Assembly: GCF_000015025.1 (NCBI RefSeq)
Contig: NC_008578.1
Span: forward strand, 990,001-1,022,000
Direction: 5' to 3'
DNA: 32,000 nt
Source: Acidothermus cellulolyticus 11B
GTDB taxonomy: Bacteria; Actinomycetota; Actinomycetes; Acidothermales; Acidothermaceae
Below are positions 1 through 8,004 of this stretch, piece by piece. How positions within the stretch are numbered: position 1 is the first letter of the stretch; every line of letters begins with the position of its first letter. Below the pieces are notes generated by a model. That model did not search any database and was not told the origin of the DNA. It saw nothing but the letters and a program-made list of their open reading frames with translations. The translations under genes and the position numbers were made by a program.

Positions 1-104
1 CAGCGGCCATCGGCAACGCGGTCGCCGATGCGCTGGGTGTTCCGGTTCGAGCCCTGCCCCTGGTTCCCGAGAACGTCGTGGCGGCATTGACGACCACGTC
101 CTGA
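1..104 (+). CDS. 3' end of a CDS that starts outside the window. The tail resembles the molybdopterin-binding large subunit of xanthine dehydrogenase / aldehyde oxidase / CoxL-type oxidoreductases.
   Basis: Frame 3 reads AAIGNAVADALGVPVRALPLVPENVVAALTTTS followed by TGA at 102-104. As I recall, this family ends with an AI.NAV.DALG...LP..PE.V tail. Only 33 aa are visible. Confidence 0.35.
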   Translation, partial: AAIGNAVADALGVPVRALPLVPENVVAALTTTS

Positions 105-200
105 ACATCGCCCCGGCTCGGCGCTTCGTCGGGCGACGGCCCGCGAACCTCGCGATTCCAAGGCCGCTCCGACTCGTGGCGCTCGATGGCGGCGCGAGCG

Positions 201-230
201 TTGACAGTCGAGCCCCACGCTCGCTAAGGT
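201..230 (+). promoter_or_regulatory. Candidate sigma-70-type promoter for the dehydrogenase gene at 270
   Basis: TTGACA at 201-206, an 18-nt spacer, then TAAGGT (TAnnnT) at 225-230. It lies about 40 nt upstream of GTG 270, which is preceded by AGAGAGGAAG. Confidence 0.3.
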
Positions 231-269
231 GATTAACAAACGATTGCACGATGCAAGAGAGGAAGCCCC

Positions 270-1214
270 GTGGTGGACACCCCGCAACCGCTGCGCGTCG
301 GCTGGATCGGAACCGGGCGAATGGGCTTCGCGATGGCTCGTCGCCTGGCTCGAAGCGGTATCAATCTCACCGTCTGGAATCGCACCCGGTCCAAAGCCGA
401 ACCGCTCGCCGGTGACGGTGCGCGGGTGGTCGAGCGGATCGCCGATCTCGGCGGCTGTGACGTGGTATTCACGATGGTGGCCTCGTCGCCCGACCTGGAG
501 GAGGTTCTCGCCGGCCCCGAGGGACTGCTCCGGAAGGCCGAGCCCAAGCCGCAGATCGTCGTCGATTGTTCGACCGTCTCGGTTGAGACCTCAGCGGCGA
601 TGCGCACCACGGCTGCCAAGGAAGGCGTGCAATTTCTCGCGGCACCGGTTAGTGGTAACGATCGAGTGGTGGCAGCCGGAAAGCTCAGCATCGTCGCATC
701 CGGTCCGCGTGAGACGTTCGACCGGGTCGAACCCCTGCTGCGCACCATCGGCAGCGCGGCCATCTACGCGGGCGACGGCGAGATAGCCCGGTTGGTGAAA
801 ATTTGTCACAACCTTCTCTTGGCGGCGGTGATCCAATCGGTTGCGGAGACTGCTGTTCTGGCGGAACGGGCCGGCGTACCACGTGCGACGTACCTGGAAT
901 TCATCAACGCGAGCGTCATGGGCTCGATGTTCACCCGATACAAGACGCCGAGTCTCGTGTATCTTGACTGGACTCCCACGTTCACTCTCGAACTGCTCCG
1001 CAAAGATCTCGATCTCGGTCTCGCTGCGGCTCGAGCACTGGACGTGCCAATGCCCGTTGCTGCAGTCACGCATGAAGTCGTGCAAGCCGCCCTTGGGCGC
1101 GGTCATCGCGGAGTGGATTTCGCCGTCCTCCTGCTCGAAGCAGCACGGAACGCCGGTTTCGAACCCGCTCCGGAGACTGCGCAGGTGGACGACGGACTCG
1201 GCGGCAATTCCTGA
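270..1214 (+). CDS. NAD(P)-dependent beta-hydroxyacid dehydrogenase (3-hydroxyisobutyrate / 6-phosphogluconate dehydrogenase-like family)
   Basis: 314-aa ORF with an N-terminal Rossmann motif (VGWIGTGRMGFAMARRLARSG). The length and the C-terminal all-helical region (LLRKDLDLGLAAA) are typical of the HIBADH family. A purine-rich RBS precedes the GTG start. Confidence 0.85.
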   Translation: MVDTPQPLRVGWIGTGRMGFAMARRLARSGINLTVWNRTRSKAEPLAGDGARVVERIADLGGCDVVFTMVASSPDLEEVLAGPEGLLRKAEPKPQIVVDCSTVSVETSAAMRTTAAKEGVQFLAAPVSGNDRVVAAGKLSIVASGPRETFDRVEPLLRTIGSAAIYAGDGEIARLVKICHNLLLAAVIQSVAETAVLAERAGVPRATYLEFINASVMGSMFTRYKTPSLVYLDWTPTFTLELLRKDLDLGLAAARALDVPMPVAAVTHEVVQAALGRGHRGVDFAVLLLEAARNAGFEPAPETAQVDDGLGGNS

Positions 1215-1360
1215 ACGTCGCCGTCGCGCCGCGTGCCTCCGGCCCGGTTGCGAGCGGACTATTATGATCCAGTCTGCAACCGTATGATCGCAGCCTGCAA
1301 CCGCTGAATTCCCGTCGAACGGCCCTGGTACCTGGAGTCGGTGAGGAGCACGATAGAGCC

Positions 1361-1831
1361 GTGACGGAGACCCAAGCTCTGGAAACGCCGCTGACGGTTG
1401 AGCCGGTCCACGTCACGTTCGTTCCGCAGCGGGTCGAGCTCACGGCGGACCTTCGGCTTGGCGCCATGCGACGGCGGGTCTTCGACGCGCTGCTGCAGCC
1501 GGCGACGTGGTGGCCGTTGCAGCGCGGCGCGGTCGTCGTGGAACCCCGCGTCGGCGGCCGGGTGTACGTGGATTACGCCGACGGTTGCGGGGTGCTGCTC
1601 GGGCACGTCACGCGGTTGCTGCCGCCCGAGGAGTTCGTCGTCGCAGGTGCTTTCGGCCTTCCCGGACCGGCGATCGGGGTGTGGGAGACGCGTCTGTCAA
1701 CGGAAGACCGCACCACTCGATTGGTCGCCCGGCTCTGCGTGGTCGGCGAGGTTGACGAATCGGCCCGCCGCGGGCTGCTCCGGGACTGGGACGCCGCGTA
1801 TGCCGCGCTCGCCGCGCACTTTCCGGCATGA
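1361..1831 (+). CDS. SRPBCC-superfamily (AHSA1/START-like) protein
   Basis: 156-aa ORF. The size and the FDALLQPATWWP...VEPRVGGRV pattern recall the Aha1/SRPBCC domain. Its stop overlaps the next start (ATGA at 1828-1831). Confidence 0.65.
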   Translation: MTETQALETPLTVEPVHVTFVPQRVELTADLRLGAMRRRVFDALLQPATWWPLQRGAVVVEPRVGGRVYVDYADGCGVLLGHVTRLLPPEEFVVAGAFGLPGPAIGVWETRLSTEDRTTRLVARLCVVGEVDESARRGLLRDWDAAYAALAAHFPA

Positions 1832-3009
1832 CCGCTCGCGACGCTGCGGAGACGCCACCCGCTCCGCCCACGCTGCGCGACGTGGTCGCCGTCCTCAATC
1901 AGTTGTATCCGCCGGCCCTCGCGGCCGAGTGGGACGCCGTTGGGCTGGTCTGCGGTGAGCCCAGCCAGGCGGTCCGCCGGATTCTCTTCGCAGTAGACCC
2001 GGTGCCGTCCGTCGCGGCGGAAGCCATCGAACGAGGCGTTGACCTCCTCGTCACCCACCATCCGCTGTACCTGCGCGGAACATCCTCAGTAGCGGCGACG
2101 ACCGCGAAGGGCCGAGTCGTTCACGAACTGATTCGCGCTGGGATAGCTCTGTTCACCGCGCACACGAATGCTGATCACGCGAATCCGGGTGTCTCGGATG
2201 CGCTCGCCGCTGCCCTCGGGGTGACGGAACTGCGTCCGCTGGACCCCCTGCCCGCCCAGCCGATCGACAAGCTCGTCACCTTCGCGCCGGCTGATGCTGT
2301 GGAACGGATACTGGACGTTCTCTCGGCGGCCGGCGCCGGCGCCATCGGCGCTTACAGCCGGTGCGCGTGGACAACGGACGGCATCGGTACGTTCCGGCCG
2401 AATCCCGGGGCTCACCCGACGATCGGCACGATCGGGAGGATTGAGACCGTTCCCGAAGTGCGGGTGGAGATGGTCCTGCCGCGTGCCCGGCGCGACGCGG
2501 TGATTGCCGCCCTGCTGGCGGCACATCCCTACGAGGAGCCTGCGTACGACGTCATTCCGTTGGCCGAGCGACCCGGCCGGGCCGGCACCGGACGGATCGG
2601 CAGACTGGACCAGCCGGAGTCATTAGCGGACTTCGTCGATCGGGTCCGGGCGGCACTGCCGGCGACCCCTGGCGGCGGGCGGTACGCCGGTGATCCCGAT
2701 CGCCTCGTGCACATTGTCGCGGTGTGCGGCGGCGCGGGTGACGGCTACCTGCAGACCGCGGCCGGCGCGGGCGCGGACGTGTACGTCACCGCCGACCTGC
2801 GGCACCACCCGGCGTCCGAAATCACGGCCGAGACCGGCATCGCCCTGGTCGACATGCCGCACTGGGCCACCGAATGGCCGTGGCTTCCGGACGCCGCGGC
2901 CCGGCTGCGCGAGGCGCTCGGAGCGGCCGGCTTTACGGTGAACATCGAGGTCTCGACTTTGGTGACCGACCCGTGGGACGGACGCATTCCGGGAGGAGGT
3001 TCGCGCTGA
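1828..3009 (+). CDS. Nif3-like dinuclear metal-centre protein (YqfO/YbgI family)
   Basis: 393-aa ORF. It has the N-terminal AAEWDAVGL.CG motif, then DLLVTHHPL and FTAHTNAD, an inserted PII-like middle domain, and the C-terminal VCGGAG...TADLRHH. This is the classic Nif3 architecture. Confidence 0.9.
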   Translation: MTARDAAETPPAPPTLRDVVAVLNQLYPPALAAEWDAVGLVCGEPSQAVRRILFAVDPVPSVAAEAIERGVDLLVTHHPLYLRGTSSVAATTAKGRVVHELIRAGIALFTAHTNADHANPGVSDALAAALGVTELRPLDPLPAQPIDKLVTFAPADAVERILDVLSAAGAGAIGAYSRCAWTTDGIGTFRPNPGAHPTIGTIGRIETVPEVRVEMVLPRARRDAVIAALLAAHPYEEPAYDVIPLAERPGRAGTGRIGRLDQPESLADFVDRVRAALPATPGGGRYAGDPDRLVHIVAVCGGAGDGYLQTAAGAGADVYVTADLRHHPASEITAETGIALVDMPHWATEWPWLPDAAARLREALGAAGFTVNIEVSTLVTDPWDGRIPGGGSR

Positions 3010-3749
3010 ACGCCGACCCGACCAGTCAGGCCCGCTTGCTCGAACTGCAAGGCCTCGACTCGACCCTCGACCGGTTGGATCACCGCCGGCGGACACTCCC
3101 CGAAGCAGCAGCCGTTGCGGAGATTGAACGCCGGATCGCCGACGCCAACGACGCCCTGGTGGCTGCCCGCACCCGCGACGCCGATCTGGCCCGCGAGCAG
3201 GCGAAGGTGGAGGCCGACGTGGAGACGGTCCGCGCCCGCACCGAGCGGGACCAGAAGCGGCTGGACGACGGCAACGTCGCCTCGCCGCGGGAACTGGAGA
3301 ATCTGCAATCGGAGATCGCGTCGCTCCGGCGGCGGCGCAGCGAACTCGAGGACCAGATCCTCCAGATCATGGAACAGCGGGAGGCCCTCCAGGCCGAGAT
3401 CGACGCGTTGAGCGCGGACGTCGCGAAACTGGAGGGCGAACGCGCCGAGCTGATCAAGCGCCGAGATCAGCTGCTCGCCGAGATGGACGCCGAGGCCGCG
3501 ACCACCAAGGCGGCCCGCGATGCCCTTGCCCCACAGCTGCCGGCAGAGCTTCTCAGTCTGTATGAACGGTTGCGGGCCTCGCTGGGCGGTGTCGGCGCGG
3601 CAGCCCTGCACCGGGGGCAATGCCAGGGTTGCCATCTCACCTTGAATCCCGCCGACCTGCAGCGCATCCGAGCCGCGGCGCCGGACGAGGTGGTGCGATG
3701 CGAGGAGTGCGGCCGGATTCTCGTGCGGACGCCGGAGTCCGGTCTGTGA
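2973..3749 (+). CDS. Coiled-coil C4 zinc-ribbon protein (COG1579 / DUF164, Rv2229c-like)
   Basis: A long heptad-rich region (LLELQGLDSTLDRL...) ends in CQGCHLTL...RCEECGRILV. The gene sits conserved downstream of nif3. The start is uncertain: GTG 2973 is in frame, and a CTG at 3006 lies 8 nt after GGAGGAGG. The 2874 start in the ORF track is probably too long. Confidence 0.8.
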   Translation: MGRTHSGRRFALNADPTSQARLLELQGLDSTLDRLDHRRRTLPEAAAVAEIERRIADANDALVAARTRDADLAREQAKVEADVETVRARTERDQKRLDDGNVASPRELENLQSEIASLRRRRSELEDQILQIMEQREALQAEIDALSADVAKLEGERAELIKRRDQLLAEMDAEAATTKAARDALAPQLPAELLSLYERLRASLGGVGAAALHRGQCQGCHLTLNPADLQRIRAAAPDEVVRCEECGRILVRTPESGL

Positions 3750-4981
3750 CGTCGGCGCAGCCGCGGCGATTGATCGTCGAGGCGGACGGCGGAGCGCGGG
3801 GCAACCCCGGACCAGCCGGTTACGGCGCGGTGGTCCGCGACGCGACAACCCGGGAGGTGCTCGCCGAACGGTCCGGCTATCTCCGCATCGCGACGAACAA
3901 TGTCGCGGAGTATCACGGGCTCATCGCCGGCTTGGAGGCGGCGGCGGAGATTGATCCGTCAGCGTTCGTTGACGTCCGCCTGGATTCCCAGCTGGTCGTC
4001 AAGCAGATGACCGGGGAATGGCAGATCAAGCACCCGCACTTGCAACCGCTGGCGGATCGAGCGGCGCAGCTTGCCGCCGCATTTGGGTCCGGCCGGGTCA
4101 CGTTCACGTGGGTCCGCCGGGAAGCCAACGCCCATGCGGACCGGCTGGTCAACGCGGCGATCGATGCCGGCTATGGCCCGCGCGGGGGCGCGACGCCGGT
4201 CGCGTCCGGGACGCCGACCCGCGACGCGTCAGCCGGGGGTGCCCGCGAGCTCCTCGCGCCGTCCGGACGGGATGGGCGGGGCGCAGGGCCGGCTGGGGGG
4301 GTCGTCGGCGCGGACGAGGTCCGGCCGATACCCAACCGGGTGGCGGGGTGGATGCCTGCGCCGCCGGCGACGACACTGCTGCTGGTCCGCCACGGCGTGA
4401 CGTCTTTTACGTTGGAGAAGCGATTTTCCGGTGTCGGGGATCCCCCGCTCGTGGACCAGGGACGTTGGCAGGCCAAGCTGCTCGCGCAGCGGCTCGCCGG
4501 GCGAGGCGGCATCGACGTCGTCGTCTCCTCGCCGCGGCAACGGTGCCGGCAGACGGCGGAGCTGATTGCTGACGTGTTGCAGCAGCCCGTGCTTCTTGAC
4601 GACGACCTCCGGGAAGTGGATTTCGGCCGCTGGGAGGGCCTCACCTTTGCGGCGGTTCAGCAACGCTGGCCGCGGGAATTGGAGCTCTGGCTTGCGGACA
4701 CGTCGATTTCGCCTCCGGGCGGGGAGAGTTATGACGAACTGCGGCTGCGCATCACCGCCGCGGCGCAGCGGTTGGCCAACCGACACCGCGGGAAAACCGT
4801 GCTGGTCGTGACGCATTCCCGGCCGATCGCCATGTTCATCGCCAATGCGCTTTCTGCTCCGGTCGCTGCTATTTACCGCGTGCAGATCGACCCGGCGAGC
4901 ATGAGTGAAATCGACTATTACGCCGATGGTGTCACGGTCGTTCGTACCGTCAACGACACGGCACATCTCGCCGCGCACTGA
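3746..4981 (+). CDS. Bifunctional RNase H / histidine-phosphatase (CobC-like acid phosphatase) protein, Rv2228c-like
   Basis: The N-terminal domain is an RNase HI fold (LIVEADGGARGNPGPAGYGAVV...NNVAEYHGL...REANAHADRLVN). The C-terminal domain has the phosphoglycerate-mutase-family signature (LLLVRHGVT...THSRPI). GTG 3746 overlaps the previous stop (GTGA). Confidence 0.85.
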   Translation: MTSAQPRRLIVEADGGARGNPGPAGYGAVVRDATTREVLAERSGYLRIATNNVAEYHGLIAGLEAAAEIDPSAFVDVRLDSQLVVKQMTGEWQIKHPHLQPLADRAAQLAAAFGSGRVTFTWVRREANAHADRLVNAAIDAGYGPRGGATPVASGTPTRDASAGGARELLAPSGRDGRGAGPAGGVVGADEVRPIPNRVAGWMPAPPATTLLLVRHGVTSFTLEKRFSGVGDPPLVDQGRWQAKLLAQRLAGRGGIDVVVSSPRQRCRQTAELIADVLQQPVLLDDDLREVDFGRWEGLTFAAVQQRWPRELELWLADTSISPPGGESYDELRLRITAAAQRLANRHRGKTVLVVTHSRPIAMFIANALSAPVAAIYRVQIDPASMSEIDYYADGVTVVRTVNDTAHLAAH

Positions 4982-5096
4982 TACGGCGTTCGCTGAACGG
5001 AGCAGTGCGGAAAGATCGTGCGGCTGCAGGGAAAACGTCCGTATGTCGTGAGCGGATGAGGAGCTGCGCGGGATGAGTGAGCGGATCGGCGCAGGG

Positions 5097-6290
5097 TCAT
5101 CGGGCGAGGACAAGCGCGGCCCAGGTCGCCGCGAGCATCACGGGTACGCCGCGGACACCCACGCGCGCAAATTCGGCCGCAGAAATTCGTACACCGCGGG
5201 CCCGGCACCGTTCCCGCCAGAGCAGGGTCGCCAGCGAGCCCCAGAGCGTGATGAGCGGGCCGAGGTTGGTGCCGAGCAGGAGGCCCAGGAGCCGGTCCGT
5301 GTGCTGATCGGCCACCCGTTCCAATGCCAGATAGCTCGGCAGGTTGTTGACGAGGTTGCTTGCCAGGGCTCCGATCACTGAGGTGCGCAGCACACCGAGG
5401 GCGTCGGCGGCCGTGCCGGCCAACCGGGCCAGCACGGCGTCCAGGCCGTGGGTGCCGAGCGTCGCAATCACGAGGAACAAGCCTTCGACGAGAAGAACCA
5501 ACTGCCACGGGAGAAGGGAGAACCGCAGGACTTTCCGCCGGCGTACGGCGAATGCTCCGGTGAGCACGGCTGCGCCGCCGGTCGCGACCGCCCAGACCGG
5601 AAATCCCAGCAGGAAGAACGGGATGACGCCGAGACAGGCCGCCGTTGCGATGTGGAACAGGAGTCGGTCGGCAATTGCAATGGCCGTGGGTTCGGTGAAC
5701 CGCCCGTGCAGAGCCGAGCGGTAGGTGTAGCCGATGACGATCGTGGTGACGGCAATGGCGACCGCGGCGGGCAGCCACATCCGTGCCGCGAACGCAATCG
5801 CTGAAAGGTGAAGGCGGTCGACAGCGAGCAGATTCGTGAGATTGGAGACCGGGAGCAGCAGGCTTGCGGTGTTGGCCAGCCACACGGTTGTCATGGCGAA
5901 CGGTGTTGGCGGCAGGCCGACTTGTTCGGCGAGGGCCAACACGACCGGGGTGAAGAGCACCGCGGTGGTGTCCAGACTGAGGACGATCGTCGTGACGGCG
6001 GCGAGGACGACGACGAGAGCGAAGAGGACCCGGGTACGGCCGCGAGCCAGCCGTGCCGCGGCCACTGCGGCGGCGTCGAACACCTGGGCGGCGTCCGCCA
6101 GCTCGGCGAGCACCGTGACGGCCGCGAGGAACCCGAGGATCGGTCCCACACGTTCTGTGGTCGCAACGGCGTCCTGCCACGGCAGTGCGCCGGTTGCGAC
6201 ACAGAGTGCTCCGGCGACAGCGGCCAGCAGCCACACGTCGGTCGGTCCTTTCCGTTCGACGGCCGATGGCCGCCGTCCCGATCCTCGCAT
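5097..6290 (-). CDS. ArsB/NhaD-superfamily (SLC13-like) anion permease
   Basis: 397-aa polytopic membrane ORF. Sequences such as VWLANTASLLLPVSNLTNLL and LASNLVNNLPSYL are typical of the ArsB/citrate-transporter permease fold. The start may instead be GTG 6236. Confidence 0.75.
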   Translation of the reverse strand: MRGSGRRPSAVERKGPTDVWLLAAVAGALCVATGALPWQDAVATTERVGPILGFLAAVTVLAELADAAQVFDAAAVAAARLARGRTRVLFALVVVLAAVTTIVLSLDTTAVLFTPVVLALAEQVGLPPTPFAMTTVWLANTASLLLPVSNLTNLLAVDRLHLSAIAFAARMWLPAAVAIAVTTIVIGYTYRSALHGRFTEPTAIAIADRLLFHIATAACLGVIPFFLLGFPVWAVATGGAAVLTGAFAVRRRKVLRFSLLPWQLVLLVEGLFLVIATLGTHGLDAVLARLAGTAADALGVLRTSVIGALASNLVNNLPSYLALERVADQHTDRLLGLLLGTNLGPLITLWGSLATLLWRERCRARGVRISAAEFARVGVRGVPVMLAATWAALVLAR

Positions 6291-6308
6291 CCGCTGGAAG
6301 GGTGGGCG

Positions 6309-7967
6309 ATGCGCCGGTCTCGGTGGTGGTTCGTTGCCGGTGCCGGCGTCGCGGTACTGGCCGTCGTGGTCGGCTGGACGCTAGCCTCGTGGCGGTCTGT
6401 GCCCGTGCGGCCGGCGGTGCGGCCCGCGCTCCGCACCGACGGCGCGGTGCGTTCCCGTCCGGGCGGGGGCGGCGCCGCGCCCGGCGGCCGAGGCGGACCA
6501 GCCGGTGTCGCGGCGCAACCAGGTTCGTCGGCGCAGGCTCGACTCATTGCTTACGCGGAGTCGTTGCCCGGCGACAGTCATTGGGGCGACGGGGTGACGT
6601 TCTCCCTTCGGTCACCCGTCGCAGGGTTCGCCGACCGGGCGAGCGTGCTTCCGGGGCAGGTCGTGCACCTGTACATCAACGCGACGTACCCGCCGGTCCG
6701 GGTCAGTGCGTTTCGCATGGGCTGGTATCACGGCGCCGAGGGGCATTGCGTCGCGACGTACCCGGCGGTCTCCGACGTGCATCAGCCGCCCGACGAGTTC
6801 ATACCGGTGACGCGAACCGTGAGCGATGCGAATTGGCATCCCAGCCTTACCGTTGACACGACGGGATGGATTCCGGGGGATTACCTCTTCTTGCTGCAGG
6901 ACGCCGCGGGTCATGGCCGGTGGATTCCGTTGACGGTCCGCTCACCGTCCGTCGCCGGGGACATCGTGCTGGTCAACGCGGACACCACGTGGCAGGCGTA
7001 CAACGCCTACGGCGGCTACAGCTTGTATCACGGACCGGATGGGTCGTATCAGAGCCGGTCGTATGCCGTGTCGTTCGATCGGCCGATCGATTATGGCGGC
7101 GGATCCGGGGATTTTTATGGCAATGAACTGCCTGTCGTGGCCCTTGCCGAGAAGCTGGGCCTCCCGGTTGCCTATGTGACCGACACGGATCTGGACGCCG
7201 ATCCGCACCTGCTTGACGGCGCCCGAGCCCTGATCTCCCTCGGCCATGACGAATACTGGTCAACGGCGATGCGCGATCAGGTGCAGCAGGAGCGGGACTT
7301 GCACGGCATGAACGTCGCGTTTCTCGGCGCCAACGCGATTTACCGGCACATCCGGATGGCGGCCACCCCGCTCGGCCCGGAGCGGTTGGAAATTGATTAC
7401 AAGGACGGCGCTCTGGACCCGATGAACCGCATCAATCCGGCTGAAGCCACCTATCAGTGGCGAGATGGTCCCGATCCGCGGCCGGAGAGTGTGCTCACCG
7501 GCGCGTTCTATCAGTGCAATCCGGTGCACGCCGCCATGCGGGTGTTTGACGCGGCGAGTTGGCTCTTCACTGGTACGCCGGTGCAGCAGGGCATGGAGCT
7601 GCCGGGTTTGGCAGGTCAGGAGTTCGACATGGTTGACCTGGCGGTGCCTACGCCCAGGCCGATGGACGTTCTCTTCCATTCCCCGGTGACGTGCCGGGGT
7701 CATCACCTCTTTCAGGACACCGTGTACTACACGACGCCCAGCGGGGCGGGCGGTTTCGACTCCGGAACAAGTGCATGGATTTGCGGCCTGACTCCGGCAT
7801 GTTCCCGCGGAAATTCCCCGGCCGCCCGCGCGGTGATTACCACGGTGACCACCAATCTTCTCCAGGCCTTCGCCGCCGGACCGGCTGGTCGCACCCATCC
7901 GGCCCGCGATGACGTCGCGGCGCTGGGCATGCCGACCTTGGCGGCTCCGGCACCGGCTGAGCCCTGA
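6309..7967 (+). CDS. N,N-dimethylformamidase beta-subunit-like domain protein with an N-terminal membrane anchor
   Basis: ATG 6309 gives MRRSRWWFVAGAGVAVLAVVV (a signal/TM segment). The motifs TWQAYNAYGGYSLYHG, SLGHDEYWS..MR and FLGANAIYRHIR match my memory of this family. The portion of the track ORF upstream of 6309 is antisense to the permease gene. Confidence 0.6.
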   Translation: MRRSRWWFVAGAGVAVLAVVVGWTLASWRSVPVRPAVRPALRTDGAVRSRPGGGGAAPGGRGGPAGVAAQPGSSAQARLIAYAESLPGDSHWGDGVTFSLRSPVAGFADRASVLPGQVVHLYINATYPPVRVSAFRMGWYHGAEGHCVATYPAVSDVHQPPDEFIPVTRTVSDANWHPSLTVDTTGWIPGDYLFLLQDAAGHGRWIPLTVRSPSVAGDIVLVNADTTWQAYNAYGGYSLYHGPDGSYQSRSYAVSFDRPIDYGGGSGDFYGNELPVVALAEKLGLPVAYVTDTDLDADPHLLDGARALISLGHDEYWSTAMRDQVQQERDLHGMNVAFLGANAIYRHIRMAATPLGPERLEIDYKDGALDPMNRINPAEATYQWRDGPDPRPESVLTGAFYQCNPVHAAMRVFDAASWLFTGTPVQQGMELPGLAGQEFDMVDLAVPTPRPMDVLFHSPVTCRGHHLFQDTVYYTTPSGAGGFDSGTSAWICGLTPACSRGNSPAARAVITTVTTNLLQAFAAGPAGRTHPARDDVAALGMPTLAAPAPAEP

Positions 7968-8004
7968 TCCCGTCGGCAATTTCCACCGTCGCTAGGGTGA
8001 CGGA

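Noticed and set aside
4975-5096. Convergent spacer between the RNase H-phosphatase and permease genes, with CGCACTG...CAGTGCG pairing and reiterated GCGGATGAG-like blocks
   Set aside because: The stem is only 7 bp with a loop of about 22 nt. The reiterated blocks are short and imperfect. I could not support a terminator or RNA gene call.
5808-6308. N-terminal 167-aa extension of the dimethylformamidase-like ORF
   Set aside because: It is antisense to the ArsB-like permease and highly charged with no recognisable features. A proper Met plus signal/TM segment begins at 6309.
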